A DNA stretch of 32,000 nt. It comes from Methanococcus maripaludis (GTDB taxonomy: Archaea; AGJL01; Methanococci; Methanococcales; Methanococcaceae). The stretch lies in the NCBI RefSeq assembly GCF_002945325.1, contig NZ_CP026606.1, positions 1,350,001-1,382,000 of the forward strand. Direction: 5' to 3'. This document shows positions 19,924 to 28,525 of this stretch, in pieces; the first letter of the stretch is position 1; every line of letters begins with the position of its first letter. The translations under genes were made by a program, and so were the position numbers. Below the pieces are notes generated by a model. That model was not told the DNA's origin. It worked only from the letters and a program-made list of their open reading frames with translations, and ran no database searches.

Positions 19924-21330
19924 ATGGACTTTAAAAATATTAATCTTGGAATTTTTGGACACATCGATCACGGAAAAACGACGCTTTCAAAAGTTTTAAC
20001 TGAAATTGCATCAACTTCGGCACACGATAAACTGCCAGAATCTCAAAAACGTGGAATTACAATAGATATCGGTTTTTCAGCATTTAAACTTGAAAATTAT
20101 CGTATAACTTTAGTTGATGCACCCGGACACGCTGATTTAATTAGGGCTGTAGTAAGTGCTGCAGATATAATCGATCTTGCATTGATTGTGGTTGATGCAA
20201 AAGAAGGGCCAAAAACACAGACTGGGGAACACATGTTAATTCTCGACCACTTTAACATTCCAATAATCGTTGTGATTACAAAGTCTGATAATGCAGGAAC
20301 TGAAGAGATCAAAAGAACTGAAATGATTATGAAGTCCATTTTACAATCAACACACAATTTAAAAAACAGTTCAATCATTCCAATTTCCGCAAAAACTGGA
20401 TTTGGTGTGGATGAACTTAAAAATTTGATTATAACTACGTTGAATAATGCAGAAATTATTAGAAATACTGAAAGCTATTTTAAAATGCCGCTTGACCACG
20501 CATTTCCTATAAAAGGGGCCGGAACTGTTGTAACTGGAACTATTAACAAGGGAATTGTAAAAGTAGGTGATGAATTAAAAGTTCTTCCAATAAATATGTC
20601 TACGAAAGTTAGGAGTATACAGTATTTCAAAGAAAGTGTTATGGAAGCAAAAGCGGGTGACAGAGTTGGAATGGCAATTCAGGGAGTTGATGCAAAACAG
20701 ATCTATCGAGGATGTATTTTAACTTCAAAAGATACTAAATTACAGACTGTTGATAAAATAGTTGCTAAAATAAAAATTTCAGATATTTTTAAGTACAATT
20801 TAACTCCAAAAATGAAAGTTCATTTGAATGTTGGAATGTTGATAGTTCCTGCAGTTGCAGTTCCGTTTAAAAAAGTTACATTTGGCAAAACGGAAGAAAA
20901 TATAATTTTAAATGAAGTAATTTCGGGAAACGAATGCTACTGCGCATTTGAACTCGAAGAAAAGGTTTTAGCAGAAGTTGGAGATAGGGTATTAATTACA
21001 AGGCTTGATCTTCCACCAACAACACTTAGAATTTGCGGTCATGGTTTAATCGAGGAATTTAAACCAATAAAAGACTTAAATATTAAAAAAGAAGTACTGC
21101 GTGAAGGAAAAGTTAAAATCGATAAGGGAAGAACCGTAATCGATGGGCTGGCTCAATCAAAGGTTGCAGCTGAAAAATTAATCGGTGAAGAAATATCTAT
21201 TGAAGGAAAAGATATTGTTGGAAAAATAAAAGGAACTTTTGGAACGAAGGGTCTTTTAACTGCAGAATTTAGCGGAAATGTTGAAAACCGTGACAAGGTA
21301 ATATTAAACAGGCTTAGAAGATGGGGTTAA
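19924..21330 (+). CDS. selB: Selenocysteine-specific elongation factor SelB
   Basis: NINLGIFGHIDHGKTTLSKVL, RGITIDIGFSAF, VDAPGHADLIR, VVITKSD; SelB-type GTPase with shortened switch, distinct from EF1A and aIF2gamma. Confidence 0.92.
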   Translation: MDFKNINLGIFGHIDHGKTTLSKVLTEIASTSAHDKLPESQKRGITIDIGFSAFKLENYRITLVDAPGHADLIRAVVSAADIIDLALIVVDAKEGPKTQTGEHMLILDHFNIPIIVVITKSDNAGTEEIKRTEMIMKSILQSTHNLKNSSIIPISAKTGFGVDELKNLIITTLNNAEIIRNTESYFKMPLDHAFPIKGAGTVVTGTINKGIVKVGDELKVLPINMSTKVRSIQYFKESVMEAKAGDRVGMAIQGVDAKQIYRGCILTSKDTKLQTVDKIVAKIKISDIFKYNLTPKMKVHLNVGMLIVPAVAVPFKKVTFGKTEENIILNEVISGNECYCAFELEEKVLAEVGDRVLITRLDLPPTTLRICGHGLIEEFKPIKDLNIKKEVLREGKVKIDKGRTVIDGLAQSKVAAEKLIGEEISIEGKDIVGKIKGTFGTKGLLTAEFSGNVENRDKVILNRLRRWG

Positions 21331-21331
21331 G

Positions 21332-22294
21332 GTGGATTATATGAATACGATAAAAACCCCCTCAAAAATTATACTATTTGGAGAACACGCGGTAGTTGAC
21401 GGATATCCGGCAATTTCAATGGCACTTGATTTAAAAACAACTGGCGAAATTGAAGAAAATTTTGATACAATTTCAATAGATCTTGTAGATTTAAATGAAA
21501 TTTTTGAAATAACTCCTGAATTAATTAAGAATTTAGAAATTTCAAATTTCAGCCCTGCATTAAAGTATGTGGTTTGTGCTGTAAAATCTGTAATATTTTA
21601 TTTATCCGAATTTAAAAATTTAAAAGAGATAAAGCCTTTTAAATTAAAATTATATTCTGAAATACCGCTTAGTTGTGGATTGGGATCATCTGCATCCGTA
21701 GTTGTAACAGTTATCCGTTCGATTTCAAATTTTTATGGGATTGAATTAGATAATGATGAAACAATAAATCTTGCATACTCTGTTGAAAAAGAAGTTCAGG
21801 GTAGAGCAAGTGTAACGGACACTGCAACGATTTCACTTGGGGGTATGATTGAAATTGTAAACGGCGAGTACAAACCAATGCCTAAAAACTTGGAAGAATT
21901 TATAAAAACTTGCAAATTTCTGGTTGTAAATGTTGAAGAGAGAACTAGAAAAACTGCAGAACTTGTACATGACGTTTCAAAGCACCCTGAAAAAGAGCAA
22001 ATTTTTGAAGAAATTGGAAAAATAATTCAAAATGTAAGGCAAGTTACAGGCAAAGCAGAACTTGGAAAATTGATGAATGAAAACCACGAACTACTTCGAA
22101 AATTTGGAATTTCAACTGAAAAATTAGATTTGGTTGCAAAAGCAGGTCAAAAATACGCTTACGGGGGAAAATTAACTGGTGCCGGAGGAGGGGGTTCTGC
22201 AATAATACTTTTAAAAGAAGATCGAGAAGAACTTTTAAAAGAACTAAAAAAAATAGGCGTAATTGGAATTTACGAATGTAAAATGGCTAATTAA
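21332..22294 (+). CDS. mvk: Mevalonate kinase
   Basis: GHMP kinase motifs KIILFGEHAVVDGYPAISMAL, IPLSCGLGSSASVVV, YAYGGKLTGAGGGGSAIIL. Confidence 0.95.
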   Translation: MDYMNTIKTPSKIILFGEHAVVDGYPAISMALDLKTTGEIEENFDTISIDLVDLNEIFEITPELIKNLEISNFSPALKYVVCAVKSVIFYLSEFKNLKEIKPFKLKLYSEIPLSCGLGSSASVVVTVIRSISNFYGIELDNDETINLAYSVEKEVQGRASVTDTATISLGGMIEIVNGEYKPMPKNLEEFIKTCKFLVVNVEERTRKTAELVHDVSKHPEKEQIFEEIGKIIQNVRQVTGKAELGKLMNENHELLRKFGISTEKLDLVAKAGQKYAYGGKLTGAGGGGSAIILLKEDREELLKELKKIGVIGIYECKMAN

Positions 22295-22313
22295 AATTTT
22301 ATTTTATTTTATT

Positions 22314-23438
22314 TTACCTTTTTTCGCCTACTCCAACGTAGATTCTGTGTTTTCCAATTCTGCCATCACCAAGAGAATACAATTCGATATCACTTGTTCT
22401 TGCAAGCTCTTCAACTTTTTTTCTGCCAGTATCTCTTGATTTTTCAGAAAATGAGATAATTACAAAAGCATCATCTAATTCTTTTATTCCAATAACCGGT
22501 CTCGTGTTTAACTTTCCAAGTTCATCTATATTTTCAAGATGCAAGATAATCTGATCGGCATCGTTGATAAATGGGAAGTCTTTTAAATATTTGGTTATAA
22601 AATCGATGTTTTTAGTTCTTTTCTGTTCGTATTTTTTTAAGTTCATTCTGTGGTAGTTTAATTTTCCATTCTGGAACTCTCTAATTATGCTTTTTGAAGT
22701 CCTGTCAATATCGATTTTACCGTCTTTTGTAAGGAAATTTAATTTAGTTCCGATTTTTTCAAGAAGTTCTATATTTATCTCTTCACCAATTTCAAAACCG
22801 TAGTATTCTTTCAAAATCGTGTTATCGAATGTATGAATACGGCTTAATATCTTTAATGCTGGGGATATAACGTCATCCGCCTTTTCATATCTTAATGCGC
22901 CAGATATTACAAGTTCATCTTCATCTTTTGGCTCAATTATCCCTGGAGAATCTAATAGTTTAATGTCTTTTGTTAATTTTACCCACTGTTCTCCAACTGT
23001 TAATCCTGCGGTAAGTCCACTTCTTGCACTTTTTTTACCCGTTAATGCATTGATTATTGAGGATTTTCCAACATTTGGATACCCTACAATTCCTACCTGG
23101 CCATATTTTATGCTGTTTGAATTTAGGTAAGTCTTAATTTCATCCCTTAACATCTTGGTACCTAATTTTTCTTTGGCACTTACAAAAACTACGGAAGAAT
23201 CCGGATTTTCAGATTTGAATTTGTTTTTCCATTTTTCGAGGATTTTTTTGGGAACTAAATCTGATTTGTTAATTACGTAAATTAATTTTTTATTTTTTTC
23301 AATAGTGTACTCTTCAAGAGCTCTGTTTCGGGTAGTTTCTGGATCCCTTGCGTCAACGACTAAAAGTACAATATTGCATTCGTATATAATTTTATGAACC
23401 ATTCTTCTCATGGGGATTTTGTTTTCCATAGTATCCAT
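22314..23438 (-). CDS. Circularly permuted YlqF/YawG-type GTPase (ribosome-assembly-type)
   Basis: Motif order G4-G5-G1-G2-G3: YVINKSDLVP ... VVFVSAKEKLG ... VGIVGYPNVGKSSIINAL ... LTAGLTVGEQW ... KLLDSPGI. Start at 23438 is inferred because a TATA-like element at about 23478-23487 is too close to 23468. Confidence 0.88.
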   Translation of the reverse strand: MDTMENKIPMRRMVHKIIYECNIVLLVVDARDPETTRNRALEEYTIEKNKKLIYVINKSDLVPKKILEKWKNKFKSENPDSSVVFVSAKEKLGTKMLRDEIKTYLNSNSIKYGQVGIVGYPNVGKSSIINALTGKKSARSGLTAGLTVGEQWVKLTKDIKLLDSPGIIEPKDEDELVISGALRYEKADDVISPALKILSRIHTFDNTILKEYYGFEIGEEINIELLEKIGTKLNFLTKDGKIDIDRTSKSIIREFQNGKLNYHRMNLKKYEQKRTKNIDFITKYLKDFPFINDADQIILHLENIDELGKLNTRPVIGIKELDDAFVIISFSEKSRDTGRKKVEELARTSDIELYSLGDGRIGKHRIYVGVGEKR

Positions 23439-23475
23439 CTTTAGGTGTTTTACTGAGTTATTTAACATAATTCGA

Positions 23476-23488
23476 CTTAATATATAAG
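23476..23488 (-). promoter_or_regulatory. Probable TATA box of the permuted GTPase gene (plus-strand CTTAATATATAAG)
   Basis: AT-rich TATA-like element upstream of the GTPase ORF, with predicted transcription start near 23455. Confidence 0.4.
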
Positions 23489-23629
23489 ATAGCCTGTAGT
23501 TTTAAAAATAATATAATGGCTTTAAAAAAAGGTTTTTTGAATAAAATAGATTTACTACTGAAAAATTAGATTATTAAAGATGATTTAGTGGTTATCAAAA
23601 GCCATATATTCATTAAACGCTATTTAGCG

Positions 23630-23812
23630 AGTTACGGGCCTTTTTTGCGGTTAATATCCCCCATTCCTCACATAATCTATATATATCATGATATTGAAAG
23701 TTTATAGTGCACTTGCTTGTAGATAACATACAGGTGCTATTATCGTTGGATTAATGGGGATTATACGTTAGGATGTGGGATTTTTTGGATTGAGTTCTGC
23801 ATCCGCTTTTTT
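23630..23812 (+). ncRNA. Candidate structured non-coding RNA between aroC and the GTPase gene (strand tentative)
   Basis: No ORF; locally GC-richer than flanks. Complementary pairs: CCCCAT 23659-23664 with ATGGGG 23754-23759; TAATC 23673-23677 with GATTA 23749-23753; GCA...CTTGTA / TACAGGTGC hairpin around 23709-23736; GCGG 23647-23650 with CCGC 23803-23806; T7 tract at 23807-23813. Confidence 0.45.
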
Positions 23813-23823
23813 TATTATTTTTT
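23800..23823 (+). terminator. Candidate plus-strand T-rich terminator after CATCCGC
   Basis: CATCCGCTTTTTTTATTATTTTTT; CATCC (23800-23804) is complementary to GGATG (23771-23775) upstream. Confidence 0.35.
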
Positions 23824-23851
23824 AAAAGAATTTAAAGTTTTTCTATTGGTT

Positions 23852-24973
23852 TTATAGTCTGCAAGGGTGAATATATCCTCCTGAAATCATTAAATCTGCA
23901 ACCGTTATTGCAGCCATTGATTCGAGTACAGGAATTACTCTTGGAACGATTATCGGGTCGTGTCGGCCGCCAATTTCGATTTTTTCAGTTTCATTTGATA
24001 TTAAATTTACACTGTCTTGAATTTTTGAAATTGAGGGGGTAGGTTTTATTGAAACCCTAATGACAACTGGAGAACCGGTACTAATTCCACCAATAATTCC
24101 TCCAGCATTGTTAGTTTTTTCATTTATTGAATTTTCATCAATATAATATTCGTCATTCATTTCGCTTCCATATAATTCTGAAGATTCAAAACCTCTGCCT
24201 ATTTCAAATCCTTTCACGGCATTAATTCCAATGAATGCACTTCCAAGTTTTCCTTCTAATTTATTGAATACTGGATTTCCAACTCCTTGAGGAATTCCTT
24301 TTATAATTATTTCAATTATTCCTCCAACGCTGTCTTTTTTATCCATTGCATCAAGTACATAATTTTTCATTTCATCGCTATTTTTTGAAGGGCATCTTAA
24401 GGGATTATTTTCCGTTTTTTCAAATAATTTTTCGATATTTGAATCACTTTCAAAGAATTTTGGGTTTTTATAGTAATCAAAATCTCCTTTTATTTTTCCA
24501 ATTTTTGTAGAGTAACCGATTATTTTAATATTGTGCGTAAATTCAATTAATTTTTTAGCAACTGCTCCACCAATCACGTTTCCAATTGTGGTTCTTCCGC
24601 TACTTCTTCCACCGCCCCTGTAGTCGTAATTTCCGTACTTTAAAAAGTAGTTTAAATCAGCATGTCCTGGTCTTGGGGTATCTTTAATTTTGCTGTAATC
24701 CTTTGATTTTTGTCCTTTGTTAAATACGAGTCCTGAAATCGGTGTACCTGTAGTTTTTCCTTCAAATATCCCTGAAAGAATTTCCACTTTATCTTCTTCT
24801 TTTCGCGGTGTTGAGAATATACTGTATCCGGGTCTTCTTCTGTTCAATTCATTTTGAATATCTTCTTCTAAAATGGGTAGATTTGCAGGACATCCATCAA
24901 CTACTGCACCTAATGCTTTTCCGTGGCTTTCCCCCCAAGTCGTTACTCTAAAATTATCCCCAAAAGTGTTCAA
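23852..24973 (-). CDS. aroC: Chorismate synthase
   Basis: FGDNFRVTTWGESHGKALGAVVDGCP, RRRPG, RPGHADLNYFLKYGNYDYRGGGRSSGRTT, GGRHDPIIVPRVIPVLESMAA. TTG start at 24973 is preceded by GGTGAT; the ORF-track start at 25012 is an extension. Confidence 0.95.
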   Translation of the reverse strand: MNTFGDNFRVTTWGESHGKALGAVVDGCPANLPILEEDIQNELNRRRPGYSIFSTPRKEEDKVEILSGIFEGKTTGTPISGLVFNKGQKSKDYSKIKDTPRPGHADLNYFLKYGNYDYRGGGRSSGRTTIGNVIGGAVAKKLIEFTHNIKIIGYSTKIGKIKGDFDYYKNPKFFESDSNIEKLFEKTENNPLRCPSKNSDEMKNYVLDAMDKKDSVGGIIEIIIKGIPQGVGNPVFNKLEGKLGSAFIGINAVKGFEIGRGFESSELYGSEMNDEYYIDENSINEKTNNAGGIIGGISTGSPVVIRVSIKPTPSISKIQDSVNLISNETEKIEIGGRHDPIIVPRVIPVLESMAAITVADLMISGGYIHPCRL

Positions 24974-25041
24974 TGTATCACCGTGATTTCGTAAGATATA
25001 AACATAATACATTCAATACATTAGATATACTGGTTTAAAAA

Positions 25042-26211
25042 ATGAGGGGATGGATTATGATTGCAGTTGTAGGTGGAGGACCTGCAGGTCTTTCATGTGC
25101 TCACGCACTCGCTAAACGGGGGCTTGATGTTGAACTCTACGAAATGGATAAACTCGGGGGAACCTGCCTAAATTACGGTTGTAGGTATGTAAATGCTTTG
25201 AAAGAAGTTGCAGACATAATTGATAATTTAAATGCAATAACTGGAAAAAAACATGATTTAAATGATATAATTTCACTTGACGAACTTCATGAAAAAGTTT
25301 ATAAAATTCACAAATCGATGCGAGAAAATGCAAAAAAAACGCTTGAAAAAAAGGGAATTTTTGTAAAATTTGAAGAGTTTAAGGAAGATTATGAAAAAAA
25401 ATACGATTACGTGGTTTATGCGACAGGGCAAAATTATTCTAAAAATTATTTAGGAATTGAATGTGCAACACACAAAGAACTTCCATATTTAAAAAAATTG
25501 CCAAAAAAAATTTTAATAATTGGTGGTGGGACTGTTGCAGCAGAATATGCTTCGATTTTTTCTATTTTTGGAAGTGATGTAACAGTTTATGCAAGGTCAA
25601 AATTCTTAAAAAAAATTAAAGATGATGAAGTCAGGGATTACATCATAAATGACCTTTCAAATTTTAAAATAACAAATAATGAAGAAGAAATGAAGAAAAT
25701 GCTTTACAATGACGAATATTTTAATATTTTGGCGATAGGCGGTAAAAAAAGATATGAAACAAACGAATATTTTCAGGTTTCTGGAAAATCAAAAGTTTAT
25801 GCGTGTGGAGATTCAGTAAGGGGCGGATATACACCAATTGCCAACCGGGAAGGCAGAATTGTTGCAGAAAATATATTTAATGAGATAAATAATCTTCCCT
25901 TAAAAAAAATGGATTATGGGGTGGAAGTTGCTACAATTCGAATGCCAATTAATATATCCGTTGTTGGAAAACAGACTAATGATTTTAAAACGTCTTACAA
26001 CCGTCCGGGAACAGGATATTACTTCAAAAAAGCTGAAAAACGTGGAATGAATAGAATTTATTATGAAAATGGAAAAGCAGTTGGAGCAGTTGTAATGACT
26101 AATTCGACTGAGCTTGCACCGTATTTTGCACAGTACTTAAAAGGAATTGAAGTTTACAAAGATTTTGTGGAAGTTTACCCAACAACAGATCCTTTTTACT
26201 GGCAGTTTTAA
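25042..26211 (+). CDS. FAD-dependent pyridine nucleotide-disulfide oxidoreductase, dihydrolipoamide dehydrogenase-like (start may be the internal ATG at 25057)
   Basis: MIAVVGGGPAGLSCAHALAKRGLDVELYE, redox motif GGTCLNYGC, second Rossmann KILIIGGGTVAAEYASIFSIFG, VYACGDSVRGGYTPIANREGR. Confidence 0.82.
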   Translation: MRGWIMIAVVGGGPAGLSCAHALAKRGLDVELYEMDKLGGTCLNYGCRYVNALKEVADIIDNLNAITGKKHDLNDIISLDELHEKVYKIHKSMRENAKKTLEKKGIFVKFEEFKEDYEKKYDYVVYATGQNYSKNYLGIECATHKELPYLKKLPKKILIIGGGTVAAEYASIFSIFGSDVTVYARSKFLKKIKDDEVRDYIINDLSNFKITNNEEEMKKMLYNDEYFNILAIGGKKRYETNEYFQVSGKSKVYACGDSVRGGYTPIANREGRIVAENIFNEINNLPLKKMDYGVEVATIRMPINISVVGKQTNDFKTSYNRPGTGYYFKKAEKRGMNRIYYENGKAVGAVVMTNSTELAPYFAQYLKGIEVYKDFVEVYPTTDPFYWQF

Positions 26212-26249
26212 ATACAAATTAAATTATATTTTTTAAAAAATGGTATAGT

Positions 26250-26723
26250 ATGGATTTTGTTGCAGTGGGTATGGACCTTGTTAATACATATGGACTTTTG
26301 GCTATTTTTTTAATTGGATTTTCAGAGCCAATTTTCCAACCAATTCCAACCGAAGTTTTTATGGTGGGCGGCCTTGCTCTCGGACTTGATTGGCGGTATG
26401 TAATATTGGTATCCACGTTAGGGAGTACGTTAGGGGGAATTGTAACATATTTTATAGCTTCGAAATATGGTGAAAATCTATTTTTAAAACTATTTAACAA
26501 AGAAAAGTATTCAAGCGCAGAAGAATTTTTAACTAAATGGGGCCCTCTTGGAATAATTATTATAAGTTTCACCCCAATTCCATTTGAGGTTATCTGCTGG
26601 CTTTCAGGGATATTTAAAATGCCATTTAAAATTTACGTTTCAGCATTGATTATAAGCAGGATTATAAAACACGGGCTTGTAGTACTTCCTTTTGCGGCTT
26701 TAGGCAGTATATTTCCTTTTTAA
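26250..26723 (+). CDS. DedA/VTT-domain (SNARE-associated) membrane protein
   Basis: Several hydrophobic helices with FSEPIFQPIPTEVFMVGGLALG and TPIPFEVICWLSGIFKMP. Confidence 0.8.
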   Translation: MDFVAVGMDLVNTYGLLAIFLIGFSEPIFQPIPTEVFMVGGLALGLDWRYVILVSTLGSTLGGIVTYFIASKYGENLFLKLFNKEKYSSAEEFLTKWGPLGIIIISFTPIPFEVICWLSGIFKMPFKIYVSALIISRIIKHGLVVLPFAALGSIFPF

Positions 26724-26819
26724 TGATCTTTTTTTAAAAATTTTATCGATATTTATAAATAGATTAATTGCAGATTTAGAAATATCACTTTTATCTTATG
26801 TTATTTCGGGTGAAATCAA

Positions 26820-27086
26820 ATGTGTCTTGCAATTCCATCAGTAGTTATCGATATATTCGAAGAAGATGGTGAAAAATATGCTCTTGCAGAATACAAGGGT
26901 GTAAAACAAAAAGCAAAACTTGCACTCATAGAGGGCGTTGAAATTGGGGATTATGTATTGATCCACACGGGATACGCTCTTGAAAAAATGAGTGAAGATG
27001 AAGCAAAATTGAGTTTGGATGCATGGGAAGAATTGTTTGATGTACTCGATGAAATGGATGGAGTCAAAAAAGAAAATTCTGAATAA
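26820..27086 (+). CDS. hypC: Hydrogenase assembly chaperone HypC/HybG
   Basis: [37 protein letters not shown]. Confidence 0.95.
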   Translation: MCLAIPSVVIDIFEEDGEKYALAEYKGVKQKAKLALIEGVEIGDYVLIHTGYALEKMSEDEAKLSLDAWEELFDVLDEMDGVKKENSE

Positions 27087-27111
27087 GTTAAATTGAAAAA
27101 ATAATTAATAT

Positions 27112-27300
27112 TTAGTCTTCTTTTACTGTTATTGCATCAGTTGGGCATACATCAACGCATACCATACATAATGTACAGTCTGATTCTTTTGCAACAACTA
27201 CTTTGTCGTCCTGAATTTCAAAAACTTCTACAGGACATGTGTTTACACATTCGGCACATTCTGGGCCTTTACATTTATCATAATCAATTACAACACTCAT
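27112..27300 (-). CDS. 2x[4Fe-4S] ferredoxin
   Basis: 62 aa with CKGPECAECVNTCPVE and CTLCMVCVDVCPTDAI. Confidence 0.92.
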   Translation of the reverse strand: MSVVIDYDKCKGPECAECVNTCPVEVFEIQDDKVVVAKESDCTLCMVCVDVCPTDAITVKED

Positions 27301-27347
27301 TTTATCCCCTCATTTTGTTTACACAATATATTTTAAAACTCAAAGTA

Positions 27348-28283
27348 TTAAAATCTTGTAATATTGGGGCTGTTTAAAATCCGTTCAATGTTCCAGATTT
27401 CATTTAATACTTTCGAGTTAATATTTGCACGCAAAAACGGAACTTTAAATCCAATTGCTATGTGGGGAAATGATGTGTTGTTTCCAGAAATTGTTGGAGT
27501 TAATCCTTTTTCAATTGTGTAATTGATATAATAATTCATTTCTGTAAGTGTTCCCATTAAATATGGGTCTACTTTTGAAAAATCCGCTTCTTCATCGATA
27601 TTTTCAGTACATAAAATTCCGTCGAATTCGATTATTTCGGAACTTTCTAAGTAATCGAGTTCCTCGATTTCAGGGCTAAATTCAGAAATTTTTGCACCAA
27701 CTAATATTTCGATATCTTCTTCTTCTGAAATATTTGCGACAATTCCTTTGAATTTTCCAATGTCGTTGAATAAATTTTTAGAAATATATTCTCCATAATT
27801 ATTTTTAAAAGCGTATTCTTCAGAAAGTTCTGATAATAATTTATTGTAAATATATACCATTTCGCCAATCGATTCAGCCATAGGGATTGTCAAAAGCTGG
27901 TTTAAACCGTCTGAAACTAAAGAACATCCTACAATCGGGAGATTTGTCGATAATACTCCACCAATATGCTTAAACAATGGAATTTCAATACTGTTTGCAG
28001 CAGCTCTTGCAACACTTAACGAGGTACCCATTGTAGCTTTTGGGCTGTCTACTGAGGTGTCACATATTATTGAATCAATGATATCTTGGTCATACGCAGG
28101 ATATCCAACAAGCTCTGGAGCAATTACATTTTCGACATCAGAAATTATATAGTCAGGATTTTCTGCATTTATTGTATCATAACCAATTCCTTTATCGGTC
28201 AGTGTAGCAATCCTTACTTGGATTTTTGAGTCTTTAAAAACCTTTTTTGCAGTTATCCTTTTTATGGATGTGCTGTTTTCCAC
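27348..28283 (-). CDS. Enolase-like protein, truncated/divergent probable pseudoenzyme
   Basis: ITAKKVFKDSKIQV...VRIATLTDKG, MGTSLSVARAAANSIEIPLFKHIGG (enolase N-domain motif), YLMGTLTE (enolase NQIGTLTE position), but the catalytic DDL, K in KxNQIGT and SHRSGE motifs are not recognisable. Sits next to rpoK, the usual archaeal eno position. Confidence 0.8.
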   Translation of the reverse strand: MENSTSIKRITAKKVFKDSKIQVRIATLTDKGIGYDTINAENPDYIISDVENVIAPELVGYPAYDQDIIDSIICDTSVDSPKATMGTSLSVARAAANSIEIPLFKHIGGVLSTNLPIVGCSLVSDGLNQLLTIPMAESIGEMVYIYNKLLSELSEEYAFKNNYGEYISKNLFNDIGKFKGIVANISEEEDIEILVGAKISEFSPEIEELDYLESSEIIEFDGILCTENIDEEADFSKVDPYLMGTLTEMNYYINYTIEKGLTPTISGNNTSFPHIAIGFKVPFLRANINSKVLNEIWNIERILNSPNITRF

Positions 28284-28314
28284 GAAAATCCCCCAAAAGA
28301 TTTAAAATAGTTAT

Positions 28315-28488
28315 TTAATTTTTAGCCTGTTTTTTAACACATAATGGGAGTTTACCCTGTTTTACTTCATCATCTGCTAGATCTAACGATGAAGTCTTTT
28401 CTGATTCGATTGCGAGTGGAGCACCGTCCGAAATTTGGAGGGATCTTGCACCGATTAATCGCGCAGTTTCAAATTTGGTTAATTTCAT
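28315..28488 (-). CDS. rpoK: DNA-directed RNA polymerase subunit K (Rpo6)
   Basis: MKLTKFETARLIGARSLQISDGAPLAIE...; canonical start at residue 29 of the 85 aa ORF. Confidence 0.93.
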   Translation of the reverse strand: MKLTKFETARLIGARSLQISDGAPLAIESEKTSSLDLADDEVKQGKLPLCVKKQAKN

Positions 28489-28525
28489 AAAATCACCCAA
28501 AAGGACGTTATAAATTAATAAAAAG

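Noticed and set aside
19830-21400. Possible selenoprotein or SECIS element near selB
   Set aside because: I checked for interrupted frames with in-frame TGA in neighbouring genes and saw none; all flanking CDSs are complete without recoding.
23618-23629. Stand-alone short inverted repeat CGCTATTTAGCG as an independent regulatory element
   Set aside because: Only 4-5 bp with a very short loop; it could arise by chance and is only mentioned as context for the ncRNA candidate.
24974-25012. N-terminal extension MYYVYILRNHGDT of chorismate synthase
   Set aside because: The GGTGAT ribosome-binding sequence lies inside this extension and points to TTG at 24973, matching the conserved family N terminus.
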